This document shows, one piece after another, positions 47,482-58,734 of a DNA stretch of 64,000 nt. The notes under the pieces were generated by a model, which did not search any database, was not told the DNA's origin, and worked only from the letters and a program-made list of their open reading frames with translations. This stretch comes from Psammoneis japonica (lineage: Eukaryota), in NCBI GenBank assembly GCA_008632985.1, contig QPGO01000211.1, positions 1-64,000 of the forward strand, given 5' to 3'. Each line of letters begins with the position of its first letter. Position 1 is the stretch's first letter. A program made the position numbers and the translations under genes.

Positions 47482-48386
47482 TTACGACATTACGTTGATA
47501 ACCTGTGCTTCTACGAGTCTTGTGAGCAGTTGTGCCTTTGTCCCTCCCATTGGAAGACCGTTCTGTCTTGCCATAGCTTTTAGATCACCAAGACTATACC
47601 TCGGCAGTGCCTCATCGACAAACAGTCTTTGTTGTTTCCACAACAATAAGGAAGCGTTTTCGCTTTCCAACTGTTGAATTCTTGCTTGAAGCTTGATCAA
47701 ATCGTCCTCTCCGCGGACCGCCGCTCTGGCGACTGCACGAACTTTCGGCTGCGATACCTCGACGGATCGTAGAGTCGCTCGACCCACCACTCGTGCCAGA
47801 GCACCTGACATGCATAAAAACGGCAAAGAAATCATAGTACATGAAACTGAGTCAACAGAGATTCATAGAAGACGTTCAGATAATCAGAACCAAACCAACC
47901 TGCCACGCTGTCCTCCTCCAGCGGATCGCCATTGGCCACCAGAAATACCAACGCCCACGTGATTGCAGCGAGAGGAAGGTTGTTCGATACACCAAAGTAC
48001 ACAGCCGTCGAAGCTACGCCACCAGCTGCAATAGCTACTGTAAAGGGAGAATAATAGGACGATATCTGTGCCGACTTGTCTGGGAATGATGTTTCGGGAG
48101 GAGTAACGACATCGTCACCCAGCAAATGTGTGCTCACACGCTTCATATCTAGCCGAGCACGGGTTGACGCCATTACCTCTCGTTCCAATGATGCCATTAT
48201 TTTATCCGTTTTTTTAGCATCACGACTGATGCCGAGTGGTCCAATTCTCGGACTGAATGACGATGCTGGACAACACAACGCCGTTTCTCGTCTGAGCTTT
48301 GTTGTCAATGATGAAGGATGAGCTGAGAAGCTTGCTGCACTCACAAGCAACAAGGCCAGCATTGCCAGCGTTAGCATGGCATTCAT
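47482..48386 (-). CDS. Plastid-targeted membrane protein with a C-terminal SAP domain; intron 47899-47805
   Basis: LLVSAAS|FSA presequence; TM hairpin; YSLGDLKAMARQNGLPMGGTKAQLLTRL SAP motif. Confidence 0.75.
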
Positions 48387-48559
48387 TCGCCGACTGCTAA
48401 TGAATGCCTGAACGCTGAGTCGAAGTAGTGTCATCTTACTTGTCATTGCCAACTGTGATGACTTCGCGTCATGGTGATTTGAACGCACCCTCCGTGATTT
48501 TCAATTTTCAGCCAATCACATTGCGGCATTTCGGCATGCTTGTTCGAATCGTCGGACTC

Positions 48560-49200
48560 AATCATCCTCTCTGGAAGCGGCTCACATGGGCAGATGCATG
48601 GCGGTGTGTGTTGTTTTCGTTTGGAGAGCCCCGATCAGACCAACTCTCTTGTTGCTGTCAAGAGAGTGACTCCTGCAAGGCTCCCTGGCTCCTCAAGTGC
48701 AACAAGTCAGCATGGCAAGAAGAAATTTTCAACTGACAACTTGGCAGCACCATGACATTCTAAGAAGGAGCTGCGCATGGCTCTGTCAACCATGCAAACA
48801 ACCCACCTTGTTTGCTGGCTGGCACCAGATCCCCACAGCAACTAATGCTGCAGTTGTTAACAACTTCTGATGGAAAGCAGCACCAATTTCTGCCTTTGCT
48901 GCAGGCATGTGGGGCAGTGAAGGCATGGTGAAACTGCTCCTTTGGAGCACAGGAACTTGAGACATGGGATGGAGACATGCCATGAGTGCCGACTGGACCT
49001 TTCCACCACCAAAAGAGCATCTGTCTTGATGGAAGCTCATGTGCAGCAACTTCTGACTTGCCATGACATTCATCCAGCTGACTGGGCCCATGTTGGCCAA
49101 GCTGGGGAACAGCTGCGCAGACACTTCTGCTAAAGTGGGAGTCTTTTGCTCCTTGGTTTGTAAAAAGCTGGATCTCTTTGGTGACATGAAGGCTGGAAGC
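48560..49200. other. TpA-depleted degenerate island
   Basis: About 5 TA in 640 bp, mostly CTAA/TTAA; CA/TG-rich. Confidence 0.6.
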
Positions 49201-49433
49201 AAGAGAAAGTGACTAGATCTATTTGTTAGAGGAAGATGAAATGTCTGCTTTTGTTAGAGCCTTGTTTTGCAAGTTCGTACTCCGAGTGGCTTTTTGCTAG
49301 ATGCGCATGCTTGGTGCGGCATTGTAGGTGCCGTCCTTCATAAAGTTGTGAGTTAGTTGCCGTGGTTTTCGAACGGTGCACCTCGCTAGCTATCATAGCA
49401 AAAAAAGAAAAAGCCTTATATCTACAGCTGTCT

Positions 49434-50684
49434 CTAGTCTACCCGCAACTGCACAACCCTTGCACCACCTCCGTTGACATTTTGACCGATTCGCAGTCGT
49501 TCACCAAGATACACACCGTCGAAGATGCCTTCTCCAGATATTGGCAGTGATGCGCAAAGAGACGATTCTTTCCAGCAAATTTTTCCACTGTCAATGTTGG
49601 CAATAAAGCGTTTTGGAACTCGTATAGAATCGGCATCTTGTGGTGTCAGACTTCCAGAAACTGTAACTTGAACGAGCGGTCCCAACACCTGGCCAATGTT
49701 GGTGACTGTGTTGTCTGAAAATATCTGGAAATTGTCGTTAAAGTCAAACTCAGGAAAAGGAATGCGACGATCAATACCACCACCATCTGGTCCTGGCTGT
49801 AAATAGGTCAACACCCATTTTCCTGGAAGCAAACTGGGTTTCCAGTCGTATCTAGCATCTACAATTGAATCAATGAGTCTCGCAATTTCGAACCGTTCTT
49901 CCTGTGAATAATCATTCGGACGACGGCCGTTAATATACTTGACGAGACGAGTCACATCACTTGGCTCATTCGGAGATGGATCCAAGGTACACTTTGGCGG
50001 CGGACCAAAGAAATCTGGCGTAAAGGATTCCACAAGTGCTTCTCTTGCGGATTTGCTCCACGTTTGTGACTGCTCTTGCACAAGCCCGTCTGAGTCGATT
50101 TTGTAGACAATGTCAGATTCATACGCTGATATTCTCGGATGCCATGGGAGCTGGAGCACTCCTCGGGAACGAATCGATCCGGTGATTGTCCGTTCCTCTG
50201 AATTAATCTCGAGAGGTTTGACAAGCTCAATCATGGATTGATCTGGGTCAAACAGTATGCGCAGTGCGTTTTGGTATTGACTCAGGCTAGAAACAGAATT
50301 CGTTGGGTCTACAAAAACGCAGTCATCGCGAAACAAGTCGGTTGACAAGTCGCCAGTCAAAAAGTACCCTCCAGTACCTTTGGAACCAACCACCAAATCG
50401 TTGGATAATCGTGATGCAATCTTCTCTAGAGGCAAATTTCTTGTCTTTTCGTCCGTTGTTTCTTTTCTACCGAGTGGAGCCAATTTTGTATAGGGACGTG
50501 CGAAAGAAGGCAATTCATCCGCTGCATTGGCTGAAGTTGGGTGCTTTTGCATAATGGAGACTGATGCCAACCCTGCCGCAGTTCGACTTAGCCATTGTCG
50601 TCGCGAAAAGTCGGTAGTAGACGAGAGACTGCCAACGCTTGTCAATGTCAACGTTCCAACCATGCACCTGAATAGTAGAATCAT
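49434..50684 (-). CDS. Plastid protein: DUF2358/SnoaL-like domain fused to a PAP-fibrillin-like domain
   Basis: YFLTGDLSTDLFRDDCVFVDPTNSV...LQLPWHP; LPGKWVLTY...FDGVYLGERLRIGQN; SRR..L...ANA transit motif. Confidence 0.75.
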   Translation of the reverse strand: MILLFRCMVGTLTLTSVGSLSSTTDFSRRQWLSRTAAGLASVSIMQKHPTSANAADELPSFARPYTKLAPLGRKETTDEKTRNLPLEKIASRLSNDLVVGSKGTGGYFLTGDLSTDLFRDDCVFVDPTNSVSSLSQYQNALRILFDPDQSMIELVKPLEINSEERTITGSIRSRGVLQLPWHPRISAYESDIVYKIDSDGLVQEQSQTWSKSAREALVESFTPDFFGPPPKCTLDPSPNEPSDVTRLVKYINGRRPNDYSQEERFEIARLIDSIVDARYDWKPSLLPGKWVLTYLQPGPDGGGIDRRIPFPEFDFNDNFQIFSDNTVTNIGQVLGPLVQVTVSGSLTPQDADSIRVPKRFIANIDSGKICWKESSLCASLPISGEGIFDGVYLGERLRIGQNVNGGGARVVQLRVD

Positions 50685-50959
50685 GATGAAGATTGCAAAC
50701 GGCACAACTACGATGTTTCAGTGCTTGGTGAACAATGGATTGAGAACAGGTGCGCATCACCATCTCCATGATGATTGATGGAAAAACTGGATCTCCAATC
50801 TGAATCTGGATCTTTCGGCAGCCCTGATGGGCCGTAGAAATTGGCATTAATTTACGCACGTGCTTCGCCGTGTTAAAAAATTGGAAGAACGACGATGTGA
50901 TGTGATGAGGAGCATGCGATGATTGAAAGCTTGAAGAGCGGTTTCCCGTGCTTTACCGT

Positions 50960-52200
50960 GGTGAAATGGGGATTGTCCAAAATGGGGTGAACGTTTCAAA
51001 CTACACATGAAGGAACATGATGTGTCCAGGAACAGCTTGACAATGTTTTCCGTCCAACTGTCAGTTTTGGGCGTTCTCCACATCTCGGTCCCACTCCTTG
51101 AGCCACACAATGCTCTTTCATGCAGCATTTTTGAGTTGAAACACAGTGAAGCATTGCACTGTTCAAGTGCAGTGCTGCAATCCCCCACTTGCCCAACTTT
51201 GGAAAACTGAGTGTGTTTGTTTTGATGCTGACACCCATTTTTTTTCTGTTGCTGAAATTTTCTGTGGTCGGGAGCGAAAAACCGGCTTTTGGCAAAGCCG
51301 CCACAAACAAAAACAACTCATTTCTCATCTTTTCTTTTTAGATCAAACGATGTACACATCTTTGAAAGAAAGTTGAGGTGACATCATCTGTCTGTAAATT
51401 TGAGCCAGAAACATGTGCAAAATGCCTGGCGCTGCAAATCAAGTGGCTTTCCGACACTTTGAGCCTGGCAAAACTGGGCTCTGGAGAGAAAAGCAGGGCA
51501 TGCAAAGAAAGTGCTGTGCTGCCAGTGTGCCCCAAGTGCTGGTGTGGCAGCATGGTGCTTCTGTTGCTTTTTGTTGCTGGCACCAATCTTGTTTCCAAAC
51601 AAAAGTTTCACACCATGTGATGTGCACCCACTTCCAGCTGGCAACTCACATCACACCACAGTTCCTGGCCGCCTCTGCCCCACAAAAAGGTGCTTGGTTT
51701 TGTTTCCTCCAAACAGATCATGCATTTTGTCTTAGCACCCCTGCAATTTTGGTTTTGGGCCAGCTCTTCTTTGTGCTTCTCAGCCGCATCTCTTGGGGCA
51801 ATTGTGCCCTGAATTTTTGTTGCCAATGCCCCCCCCAGATTTTCCTCCTCTTTGTGCAAGGAGGTTTTGTCTCTTTTTTGCAGAGCACACCACAGAGTGC
51901 AGCTCTCTCTCATCTGGGCCTGGCAGAGAAAAAGAGGAGAGAGCAAAAAAGAGAACATTGCCAGTGCTTGCAAAAAAGTCCCTCCCCCCCCTCCAAACAA
52001 GAGCGAGAGAGAGAGAGAGAGAGAGGAGGGCATGTGTGGGCACCAAAAAAGAAGAAGAAGAGAACAAAGCCGGGGTTTGGGGCCAACCACTTTTAGAATG
52101 ATCAAATTTGCAAGCCATCTTTTTGTGTGCAAAGCAGCACACAATGACAGTCACACACAGTGGGACGACTCGCTCAATCTCCTTGAGCTTTGAGCACATC
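50960..52200. other. TpA-depleted degenerate island with an (AG)n tract at ~52005-52025
   Basis: About 6 TA in 1.24 kb; spurious Cys/His-rich ORFs. Confidence 0.65.
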
Positions 52201-52586
52201 TCATGCGCCACGATGATTCGGGATGAGCTTGGAACAACTGTCGCGGCCCAGTTGAACTAACAGCGAGACACAGCCGTTCGGACAAACAAACTGTCGGACA
52301 TCGTCATGCTCAAATAAATGCGTCATGTGAGAAGCGATGACGTCATTTTTTCTGACGCAATCAAAAAGTCAAACCAAAAAGCGACCACATCACCCTGCCA
52401 TCACCCATCACAATCCCATCAAAATGTTGTGTTCGAAGAACGTCAATCATACTAACTGTATAGGTCGCCATAACAAGAAGCTGCTGTTGTTCTCATTTCA
52501 AGTCATAGGTGGAACGAGATAGATCCGCATCGTTGTGATTGTCAAGTTAATTTCGCTTTCTTAACGCGCATCTCATCGAGAAAACA

Positions 52587-53623
52587 ATGATCTCGCTTCC
52601 GCCACAAAATTGCAGAGGCGAGCGGAATGTTGGAGCTTCGACAAAGGTCACGTCTTCACATAGCTGCGATATCAAGGCTCTCTCAATAGATAATGTGGCA
52701 TGCACCCCGAAAAGCAACAGCGTACCTTCAACATTATGCTTTTCGAAACACTGCGCTATAGTGCTTTGGGCGGCACTGTTTGCGACGCTGGCCTTCTTGG
52801 GTGGCAACAATGATGTTGTTACCGGGGACCAGGACTCTGTGTATGTTCCTGGTGCGGGTTTCTCTGGCTTTTGGTTTACCTTGGGACGTCTACAAAGCAT
52901 CTCGAACCCACACGACAAGGACTACTATTGTTTTTCTGCAGGTTGTTTAGGCGTGGCGACAACGTTGTTCACTAATCAAACGATTGAGGACGTGGTAAAC
53001 AAAGCACGCAGCGCACAGCTGGGATTCAAGAATGGATCCATTCACCGCCATTCTGTAGTTGAACACTTTGTTGACGACCTTTTATCGGATGCGACAATAC
53101 GAAAGCCTTTCAATAGTTCCGATGTCTGTCACCTTAATTCTGGCATGTACAATGCCACAAGAGGTTCGGATAGCGAGTCACCGCTTTCCCGGATTCATGT
53201 AATTACATCTACCAAGGAGAGCTGGTTTAGATGGAAAACGTCAATTCGAACACCAGAGAGTGTGTCTGAACTAAGAGAGATGCTGATTCAAACAACTTGG
53301 ATGTACGTAATCGAATGCGAATGCGTTTCTGTGCTCGAGCTAGATTCATGAATCTAACATCATCATGCCTGCGTTCTTTTTCTCTTTTCCGTAGCCCTTT
53401 TGCTACTGGTAATGGCATGTGGCACCAGGATTCACATACAGGGTTACAACATATGGATGGAGGAGTGACAGCTCTCTTTCACCCAAAGTGCAGGCACTTT
53501 CTGGGCTTACCAGCTTTGAGGATGCCGAGTCTACTTCTGAATTTTCTAAACTTTAACCTCGGGCAAGAGAAGGCGGTAGCATTTTGGGAAGCTGGTCAGC
53601 TTGTTGGCTTGAACAATAGATAA
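52587..53623 (+). CDS. Patatin-like phospholipase domain protein; intron 53303-53394
   Basis: VPGAGFSGFWF Gly-rich loop; CFSAG nucleophile elbow; WIPF; MDGG. Confidence 0.7.
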
Positions 53624-53899
53624 TTTTTTCACCTTTATAGAAATAGATTGATCGTCTTAAGGTGGGCTTGAAACGATGTTGCTCGCACATTCAGAGATCT
53701 GCCGCTCGTTAATTTCACCGGCAAAACGAGCACAATGGGAGGAGATGACCGGCAACAATGCATTGAACGAAATCTGTCGAAATGGCAGATTGAAGAGTAG
53801 CGCTTTCAATGATCATGCTATCAAAGTGGTGGAAACTGCTGTTCTTCCATACGAACACTGTCTGGGTTTGGACCAGAGCTTTGAATCAGCCAATCTAAG

Positions 53900-54790
53900 A
53901 TCAGCCTTTGCCAATCATGACCCGCCAGCTGTAGAATGTGAACCTGAGTGCTTGACCACATTTGTCAGAGCACCTTGGCCTGAAGAAATTCTGGCTTTGT
54001 GTCTTCAAAATCACATCACAACTGCACCGATGTGCAGAGCCTTCAGAGTTCCATGCACGTCAAGGAACTGCTCTTCTCCAACTTGGTGGTTGAACGTCAC
54101 AAGTGAAGAGAGGCTTCCCCTCCTGCACCCGCAGTTCAATGGCCTCTGATTGTTTGAAAGCTTGAAACTGATCAGCTTGGAGTGGCAGATCAACACTAAA
54201 GCTGAGCTTCAAGTCAAGTTTGGTCTTGAACAAATTTGTGTCTTTCACAAGCTGATGCTCCAGCTTTGTCTTGTTTGCCAACATCAGTGGTGGCCAGCAC
54301 TTCCTGCTGGCAGTGGTCATCTTTGCTGTGGAAAGATGCAGCAGCATTTCATGTCTGAGACATGAGGCATGCAGTGTGGTGCAAGTGTGGCAACTTGCTT
54401 CCTTGCCAGTGAGCACAATGGTGATGTGATGCTTGACGCTCAACGACGCTCTCTGGCTTTGCCAGATGCACAAGACAGAAAAGCCAAGCACGGGGGTTGG
54501 TGGTGGAATGAACCATGAGCAAAATGAACAAACCCCAAAGAGCAATTTTTGGCACACATGGCTTTCCCTCCAAACCAGATCATGCACCCTGGAATTGGGA
54601 GTTGCCTCGCTCCCGCGCACTCTCAGGCTGGGAGAGCGAAAAATCCACACACACCACAGAAACTCCCTGAACATCAAAAAGTGTTCCTCTTGGGGAGACA
54701 GGCCAACACCAAGAAGTTTGGAGTGACATGCCTCTCTTTTCTATTTTTGAACCTGCTCTGTGTTTGAACACAAACTTGACGGAAGCAGCA
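53900..54790. other. TpA-depleted degenerate island (decayed coding-like sequence)
   Basis: About 3 TA in 890 bp. Confidence 0.6.
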
Positions 54791-54892
54791 GTCCAAACAC
54801 ACGAAAGACACCCTGACAAGTTTTGCAATTTCTGCGGGTGATCTGGGAACGTGATCACCGGCAGAAAGATAGACACACCGACAGTAATAAGA

Positions 54893-54947
54893 ACGTCATA
54901 ATGACGTCGCTTTCGACGACAGTTTGACGTAAGCAATTTGATGACGT
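54893..54947 (+). promoter_or_regulatory. Cluster of four TGACGT (bZIP/CRE-like) motifs upstream of the MPC gene
   Basis: acgtca 54893-54898; tgacgt at 54902, 54925 and 54942; 95-150 bp before the ATG at 55041. Confidence 0.5.
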
Positions 54948-55040
54948 GGCTGGGCGCGGGAAAAAGTCCCGCTTTCCCATTCGCTGGATGCACACAACGA
55001 TCACATCAACACTTCAAAGATCTTCAACCGCGTTGACACC

Positions 55041-56042
55041 ATGGCACTGTCCACCTACAAGCTCGCTTCGAGGACGTTGATGCACTCCCGATCCGCCATG
55101 CGACGTTGGGTGACCTCCCATTCAACTGGATTGAATCAGAAGTCTGCTAGAACTAGTCCTTTCGCAAACACATTATTGAAGCCGACAAATAATGTTCGTC
55201 GTACAATGTCCACAATTGCAGTCAAGAAGACCACTTGGTGGACCGACCCTGAAGTTTGGGGTGTCATCACTGCGGTTTCTGGTTGGACCATGTCGCTTGC
55301 TGCGATATACGATTCTCTCCAGGACGGTCCGGAGGTGATTTCGCTCAATATGACTGGTGTTTTGATTGTCTATTCCTCCCTCTTTCTTCGCTGGGCTTTC
55401 ATCGTGACACCGCGAAATCTTCTCTTGGCGTCATGCCACTTTGCGAATATCTGTGCACAGCTAAATCAGCTTCGTCGTGCTCTTCAATACAAGTGGGACA
55501 ATGGGAAAGAGGATGAAGTCAAACAAATGGCACAAAAGGCAGGTACAATTGGCGGTATTGGAGCACTCGCCATTGTAGGTGGTCCTCAGTTGAGAAGCTC
55601 CTTGATTAATGCCAATCTTGGTCCCATTAGCAAATTTGCCTCCTCTCCTGCTGGTCCATTTTCAACGCACTTTTGGGCTCCCACCAGCAAGTGGCTCATT
55701 TCAGGAGCATCTTTGGCGGATTGGAACCGCCCAGTTGAGAGTATTTCCCTGCCGCAGTATTTGGCACTCACTTCCTGTGGTATTTTGCATGCACGCTATG
55801 CACTCTTGGTGATCCCCACCAACTATATGCTGTGCAGTGTAAACCTTGCTCTTTTTGTCAGCAGCGCTTGGCACCTTGGTCGAAAAGTCAAGGCCGATTA
55901 CATCGATAAGGAAGAAGTGGAAGAAGCCGTAACGGACGAGGAGATCAAAGGGCCTGCCCAGATTCCAACCGTGCTCATCAAGAAAAGGAGCTCAAATTGG
56001 AATGTTGATGGGGTCCCGAAAGATGAGAGGCACACCCTGTGA
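55041..56042 (+). CDS. Mitochondrial pyruvate carrier, single-chain tandem of MPC1-like and MPC2-like domains
   Basis: GPEVISLNMTGVLIVYSSLFLRWAFIVTPRNLLLASCH (MPC1-like); PAGPFSTHFWAPTSKW...RPVESISLPQ...PTNYMLCSVN (MPC2-like); mitochondrial presequence. Confidence 0.9.
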   Translation: MALSTYKLASRTLMHSRSAMRRWVTSHSTGLNQKSARTSPFANTLLKPTNNVRRTMSTIAVKKTTWWTDPEVWGVITAVSGWTMSLAAIYDSLQDGPEVISLNMTGVLIVYSSLFLRWAFIVTPRNLLLASCHFANICAQLNQLRRALQYKWDNGKEDEVKQMAQKAGTIGGIGALAIVGGPQLRSSLINANLGPISKFASSPAGPFSTHFWAPTSKWLISGASLADWNRPVESISLPQYLALTSCGILHARYALLVIPTNYMLCSVNLALFVSSAWHLGRKVKADYIDKEEVEEAVTDEEIKGPAQIPTVLIKKRSSNWNVDGVPKDERHTL

Positions 56043-56275
56043 GCCTTCTTGTTCTGTGATGCGCTCCGAGGTATGGTTTCACTTTCCAATGTGAAGCTCC
56101 TCTTGAGCACACTAATCCGTTGAAACTCACAGACTCATTGGATATATCAGTTACATACCGGTATTGATTTTTGTAGATAATAAAAGTTTAGATAAAGTGA
56201 GTTACTAGAATTGGGGCTTTGAAATCGCATTCCTGCTTCAGGGAGGGGGGTGTCGCGTGAGAGCTGCACGTAGTG

Positions 56276-57397
56276 TCATCTAATGTTTGACTTTGCTCGT
56301 TCCTTTTCGTGTATCGTAAATATAAGGGATCCGGGAGAACCCACACGTTGGTTTGGTGGTGGCAACGGGGATTCAGCATAACCATATGCTGATGACACGG
56401 GAGACTGGGACGTCCTGGGCCAAGAGAATCGTTCCCGCTCTGCTCGATAAACTAACACAACATTGTCACCCCGAATCATGATTTGCTTCAGGTATCGCTT
56501 GCGGACAGCCCATCCTTTCGATGCTGAAAGACTATCAGAGCTTTGCTTTCTTGGATTGGCCTCTTGCAGCGCACGGATTCTCCGTTGCACTTCAACCTCC
56601 ACGTTGGAGAGCGCTGTGTTCTCTTCTTGGTTTTCGCGAACATATCGTGGGCTGTACACCTCTTCAACGTCTCGACATATCATGTTCATGTGCTTGTCAA
56701 AGGCAACCAAGTATCCTGTGAGTGTACCACGAATGCCGTTCACATAGCGAATCAAAATTCGTACGCGCTGCCGTTGCATCATGCAATTATATAGCAGAAC
56801 AAGAGGTCCCTTGCTATGCGCCTCAGCAATTGCTGTAAACGCAGATACCTTTCGCTTTGTTGGTGCTGCCGTTGTTTTCTTTGGTGGTGCGGCTTTTTGA
56901 ACTTGTTGGAGAGGATCGCAGTCTGGAAGAAGCTTGCGGCATTGATCCAAAAAGTTGAGTACAGAGGCTTCTCGTGCTAGCCAAGGATGATTGGACTGTA
57001 GCACTTGTTGTTCGGGTGCCCGTAGTAAAGTGGCAACTGGATCAAAGTTCGGTGATGTCATGTCTAGCACACCACTCATGTCTTGCGATGAAGTCAGCTG
57101 ATAGTAAGACTCCTCGTGTTGTTCCCCGGTTCGAGGTGCTTGCAATTTCTCACGGTCTGTTTCCTTTACAGTCAAGAGACTAACCGTGTTTCCGTACTTT
57201 TTAGCAAGTTTGGCTTGCAGTTTGGCCTCCCCTTCAATTGTCCCTCCATACTTTTGATAAATCTGGTCGAATTTATTCTTCCATTCATTTTGGTCTGCAA
57301 TGGCATCCGGCGCGATCAAAGAATAGTAGGCTTCCAAGCGCCTCCGCAACGAGGGTTTTCCCAAATTCACATCTCTTTCGTCTGATGACTTGGACAT
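56276..57397 (-). CDS. Sm-like protein with LSM11-type architecture (long N-terminus, long insert between Sm1 and Sm2)
   Basis: NFDPVATL; GPLVLLYNCM...RVRILIR...GTLTGYLVAFDKHMNMICRDVEE; KQIMIRGDNVVLV. Confidence 0.75.
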   Translation of the reverse strand: MSKSSDERDVNLGKPSLRRRLEAYYSLIAPDAIADQNEWKNKFDQIYQKYGGTIEGEAKLQAKLAKKYGNTVSLLTVKETDREKLQAPRTGEQHEESYYQLTSSQDMSGVLDMTSPNFDPVATLLRAPEQQVLQSNHPWLAREASVLNFLDQCRKLLPDCDPLQQVQKAAPPKKTTAAPTKRKVSAFTAIAEAHSKGPLVLLYNCMMQRQRVRILIRYVNGIRGTLTGYLVAFDKHMNMICRDVEEVYSPRYVRENQEENTALSNVEVEVQRRIRALQEANPRKQSSDSLSASKGWAVRKRYLKQIMIRGDNVVLVYRAERERFSWPRTSQSPVSSAYGYAESPLPPPNQRVGSPGSLIFTIHEKERAKSNIR

Positions 57398-57981
57398 GGT
57401 ATAATGCTTAGACCGCGAGCAATAGATGAGACTTGAATTGAGTGAGCGATCTTCGCCTAACTGATAACCGCAACTTGAAGTACCTCTCTCCGAAGTATCA
57501 TTACCAAATTGGAAGTAGAGCACTAAAGCAAACACAGTTTGTGCGTCTAACGGTGCGCTGGGATCTCATCACGTTCTCCTCGCTATCCTGTCGTTCTTGG
57601 TACTTCTATTATGTACCATGACGCCTTTGACAACTGACAAACGCAGCGGCTATGGATGAAAGATCCAAGATCCGCGAACAAAGGCAACAAACAGAAAATT
57701 CAAAATGGCGGGAAAATTTTATACATATGAATGGATATGTATACAATTTGAATTTGCGACATTTTTGAAAGCCGTTGAAATTCCGCGAACAGAAAAACTT
57801 GGCGCATGCGATGCACCTCACCACAAGACCAAAAAGAAGATGGATCTCGCTCTCAAATCAAACAGAACTTCTTTTTAATGTATGCATCCATTCCTTCATG
57901 CGAATAAATGAGGCGTGCTGAGCATTGGCGCAAGTAGTAGGGCCCTCTAGACACAGCAACGTCTCAAGCCGAGGTGTCAAA

Positions 57982-58533
57982 ATGGGAGCATCCGTTTCGT
58001 CGTGCAGTGCTACAATGTTTGTCGAGGAGACAGATGATGATTCCGCGAAACCAAAAAGTAGCCGCCACAATTCGTTGAATACAGCCACACTGTGGTTGAG
58101 AGAAAGCAACGGTACAACGACTACCTATAGAGGAGAAGTCAAACGTGGGAAACCTCATGGACACGGTTCGGCACAATATGCAAACGGCGATGAGTATGTC
58201 GGAAGTTGGAAACATGGGATACGATGCGGTACTGGAAAAATGACATTTGCACAAAGTGGAGCTGGATATCAAGGGCAATTCTACAATGATACCCTTCATG
58301 GTCCAGGTGATTTCTTTTGGGCTGATGGACAAGAGTACTCGGGTGACTTTCACTCTGGTCAAATGCATGGTTATGGCATCTACTCCTACGGCGACTACTT
58401 TTACAAGGGATCCTACAAAAAAGGAGTGCGAGTGTCCGGTAAAGGCCTTTGGCATGATTCAAAATGGGAACCCGTATCCAGCAAAGTGCACAAAAATGAT
58501 CCAGGTCACAGAATAAGCGAAGTGACGGTGTGA
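57982..58533 (+). CDS. MORN-repeat protein, possibly N-myristoylated (MGASVS)
   Basis: YRGEVKRGKPHGHG, YVGSWKHGIRCGTG, YQGQFYNDTLHGPG and YSGDFHSGQMHGYG repeats. Confidence 0.85.
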   Translation: MGASVSSCSATMFVEETDDDSAKPKSSRHNSLNTATLWLRESNGTTTTYRGEVKRGKPHGHGSAQYANGDEYVGSWKHGIRCGTGKMTFAQSGAGYQGQFYNDTLHGPGDFFWADGQEYSGDFHSGQMHGYGIYSYGDYFYKGSYKKGVRVSGKGLWHDSKWEPVSSKVHKNDPGHRISEVTV

Positions 58534-58734
58534 AGCAACGTTCAACTGACTTGAAACGAAAATCACACCGCAGCCAAACGCGGCTGGTACATTTTGATTT
58601 CCGGCGCTCGCGGAAATTAAGAATCAGGAGTTTAATGGTTAATGGTTTGCCAAAACCCAGAAAAAAATTAAGGTTTAGAAGTGTTCATTGCAGGATCATT
58701 CTGTATTGATCTTGAAAAGTCTGTGCCGACTACT

